A program made the translations under genes and the position numbers. Source: Macrostomum hystrix (taxonomy: Eukaryota > Animalia > Platyhelminthes). Taken from it: a stretch of 64,000 bases of DNA. Shown here piece after piece: positions 62,224 to 64,000 of this stretch. How positions within the stretch are numbered: the first letter of the stretch is position 1; every line of letters begins with the position of its first letter. The notes under the pieces are model-generated. The model saw only the letters and a list, made by a program, of their open reading frames with translations, ran no database searches and was not told the origin of the DNA. The DNA lies in assembly GCA_950097015.1 (NCBI GenBank), contig CATNEN010000039.1, positions 4,650,001 through 4,714,000 of the forward strand. The letters run 5' to 3'.

Positions 62224-63327
62224 ATGCAGCGCTGCTGTCTGTCACCACATCGCCATCGTCACCATCAGCAGCAGCAGCAGCCGCTACAACTCGCCTCAAA
62301 CTCAAAGCGAGTTGTCGCAGCCTCTCGCGCAGCCAATGCCACAAGTAGTGCCAATGGAACTGCCGGCCTGAAGCCAGTTGTGAAGTTTAGCTTGACCGTT
62401 GGCGACTCCCCAGACACCTCGTCTTCATCGCTGTCATCTCTGTCGGCTTCTGTCGAAGACTCGGCACAATTAGCGAGTGCGCTGCCGAAAACATTTCTGG
62501 AGCCACCGCGTCCCGTCACCATGACAACTTGCTGCCACGCCGAGCAAAAGACGATCGACGATTCTCAGCCACGACAGCCATCAAACACTCGCGAGCAGCA
62601 GCAGCAGCAGCATGCTGCGAGAGTCTACTGTGAAAACAGCCTGGCAAGATTTAGACCACCGCCTCGCAGGACCCTGTCGTTTCCACCGCCACCGGTTTGT
62701 GCGAGCCGCGCCTTGCCGATTCTCGTTGAACCGCCTGCGACACTGGAGCCAGCCCGCCATCAGCCAGCAGCCGATGTGGTTGACGCCGAAATTTCGCAAA
62801 AACCTGTCGTCATCATTACCGAGCTAGCCGGACTGCCGCCAGCTGTTGCAGATATCTTGCCGTCGTCGTCGTCATCTTCGTCATCGGCAATATCGGCTTT
62901 GCAAAACGGTGCAGTGGATCGTCGTCGGCGTCGAGTTCGCTTCGCCGATGCGTTGGGCTTCGAGTTGACTAGCGTGCGCGTCGTGGCCTGCGATCCAGAG
63001 GAGCCGCCGGTCATTCCGCGCCATGTTCTGGCGGCTCTGCGACGCCAACTGTCGCTACGAGCTGCCGATGGAGACACAGACGAGTACACGTCGTGGTGTC
63101 TGGATGAGGACTCCGGTGCCAGTGGCCAGTTGGGCAGAATGCCATCTCCGCAGCAGTCGTCAAGCAGCTACTCGACCTGCTGGAAGCCGCTGTTCATCAC
63201 TCAGCCATCGGAGGCGACTGTTGTTCGACGCCTCGGCGATCTACAGATCGCCCTGGAATCGATTCGTCTGGAGACCATGGCGCTGGAGGCGACAGTTCGT
63301 GTCAGAAACCTCGGACCCGTCAAGCAG
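62224..63327 (+). CDS. PPP1R3: PP1 regulatory subunit 3 family (glycogen-targeting, CBM21), first coding exon; continues beyond the window
   Basis: RVxF motif RRRVRFADALGFELTSVR, then the start of a CBM21 domain (IALESI..TVRVRNLGPVKQV). Donor CAG|gtgggc at 63327. Confidence 0.8.
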
Positions 63328-63424
63328 GTGGGCATCACTCCTGTGCTCTTTTGCTTGGCTTGTGCTCAGGTTGCACGATTTCACAGTCTCAAATTTTTGT
63401 GTCTTCAAAGTTAAGACTTTTTGG

Positions 63425-63730
63425 TGTCATCGAGTGGCACAGGTTTCTAACGCATTTGCTTCTTCCACCAAGGTCCCAAAGCTCGATTCCGCGGCGAAGC
63501 CACATTTATTCGGAGCGCAGGTGCAGATAGAAGGGCCAAGGGCTTGTCGTGCGATTTGCTATTTACGCCCTCGAGGGCCAACTTCCAAGGCTCAGTGAGA
63601 GTGTACACAGTCTGACGATGAGAAAGTTAGGGCAGATGTAAACATCTGATTGAGCGAGTACCTGGATACAGTATCTGTGTGCGTGTGTGCGTAGAGTCAC
63701 CTAATGATGTGCCAGAGCCCACTGTGGCCT
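63425..63730 (+). mobile_element. tRNA-derived SINE family 2
   Basis: Homologous body; the family's 3' end CCTGCAGCCCTCCTGAAATTATTA resumes at about 63934. Confidence 0.7.
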
Positions 63731-63772
63731 GTGTTGCCCCATGCTAGTATTATTATTGTCACTATTATCACT

Positions 63773-63910
63773 AGGGTGCGTAAGTTGAGGTTGTAGCTCA
63801 GCAGGTACAGCTCCGGACTCAACCTGACCGACAGGTCTGCAGTTCGAACTTCAGCCCAGAGGACACTATCTGTCTCATTTAGCAAGACTCTTATGTGCTC
63901 CAGCATTGCT
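63773..63910 (+). mobile_element. tRNA-derived SINE family 3
   Basis: Near-identical to 53648-53780. Confidence 0.65.
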
Positions 63911-64000
63911 GTAAAGAAAATGAACTGCCGTCGCCTGCAGCCCTCCTGAAATTATTATTATTATTACTATTATGGTTCATGACATGAAGTGCTACTGACA

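Overview
Eukaryotic (metazoan) genomic DNA with GT-AG introns swollen by tandem minisatellites. The style (GC-rich exons, CAG/GGC runs, GTGAG donors, pyrimidine-rich intronic arrays) resembles the flatworm Macrostomum, but the species is an inference. Genes assembled by hand from splice sites and reading phase: (1) a large copine (C2A-C2B-vWA), + strand, about 8.6/9.9-34.1 kb; (2) a short filamin-repeat gene, +, 36.7-38.2 kb; (3) two divergently transcribed secreted genes with hemicentin/VWA7-type vWA domains, one with 2 domains (- strand) and one with 3 domains plus a natural poly-His tail (+ strand); (4) a decayed F-type lectin and two internally deleted mariners between those two genes; (5) a secreted single-domain phospholipase B1-like GDSL lipase (-); (6) the 5' part of a glycogen-targeting PP1 regulatory subunit (+). 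The most notable mobile element is a 4.15-kb Ingi/I-group non-LTR retrotransposon (-). It has a 13-bp TSD, an HDV-like ribozyme fold at its 5' end, no AUG, a 2A (DIESNPGP) ribosome-skipping motif and APE-RT-RNaseH-CCHC domains, and it is nested in an older relative that has its own TSD. A minimal type I hammerhead ribozyme lies on the sense strand of a copine intron. Three tRNA-derived SINE families and many minisatellites are also present. Most long ORFs in the supplied track are repeat artefacts.
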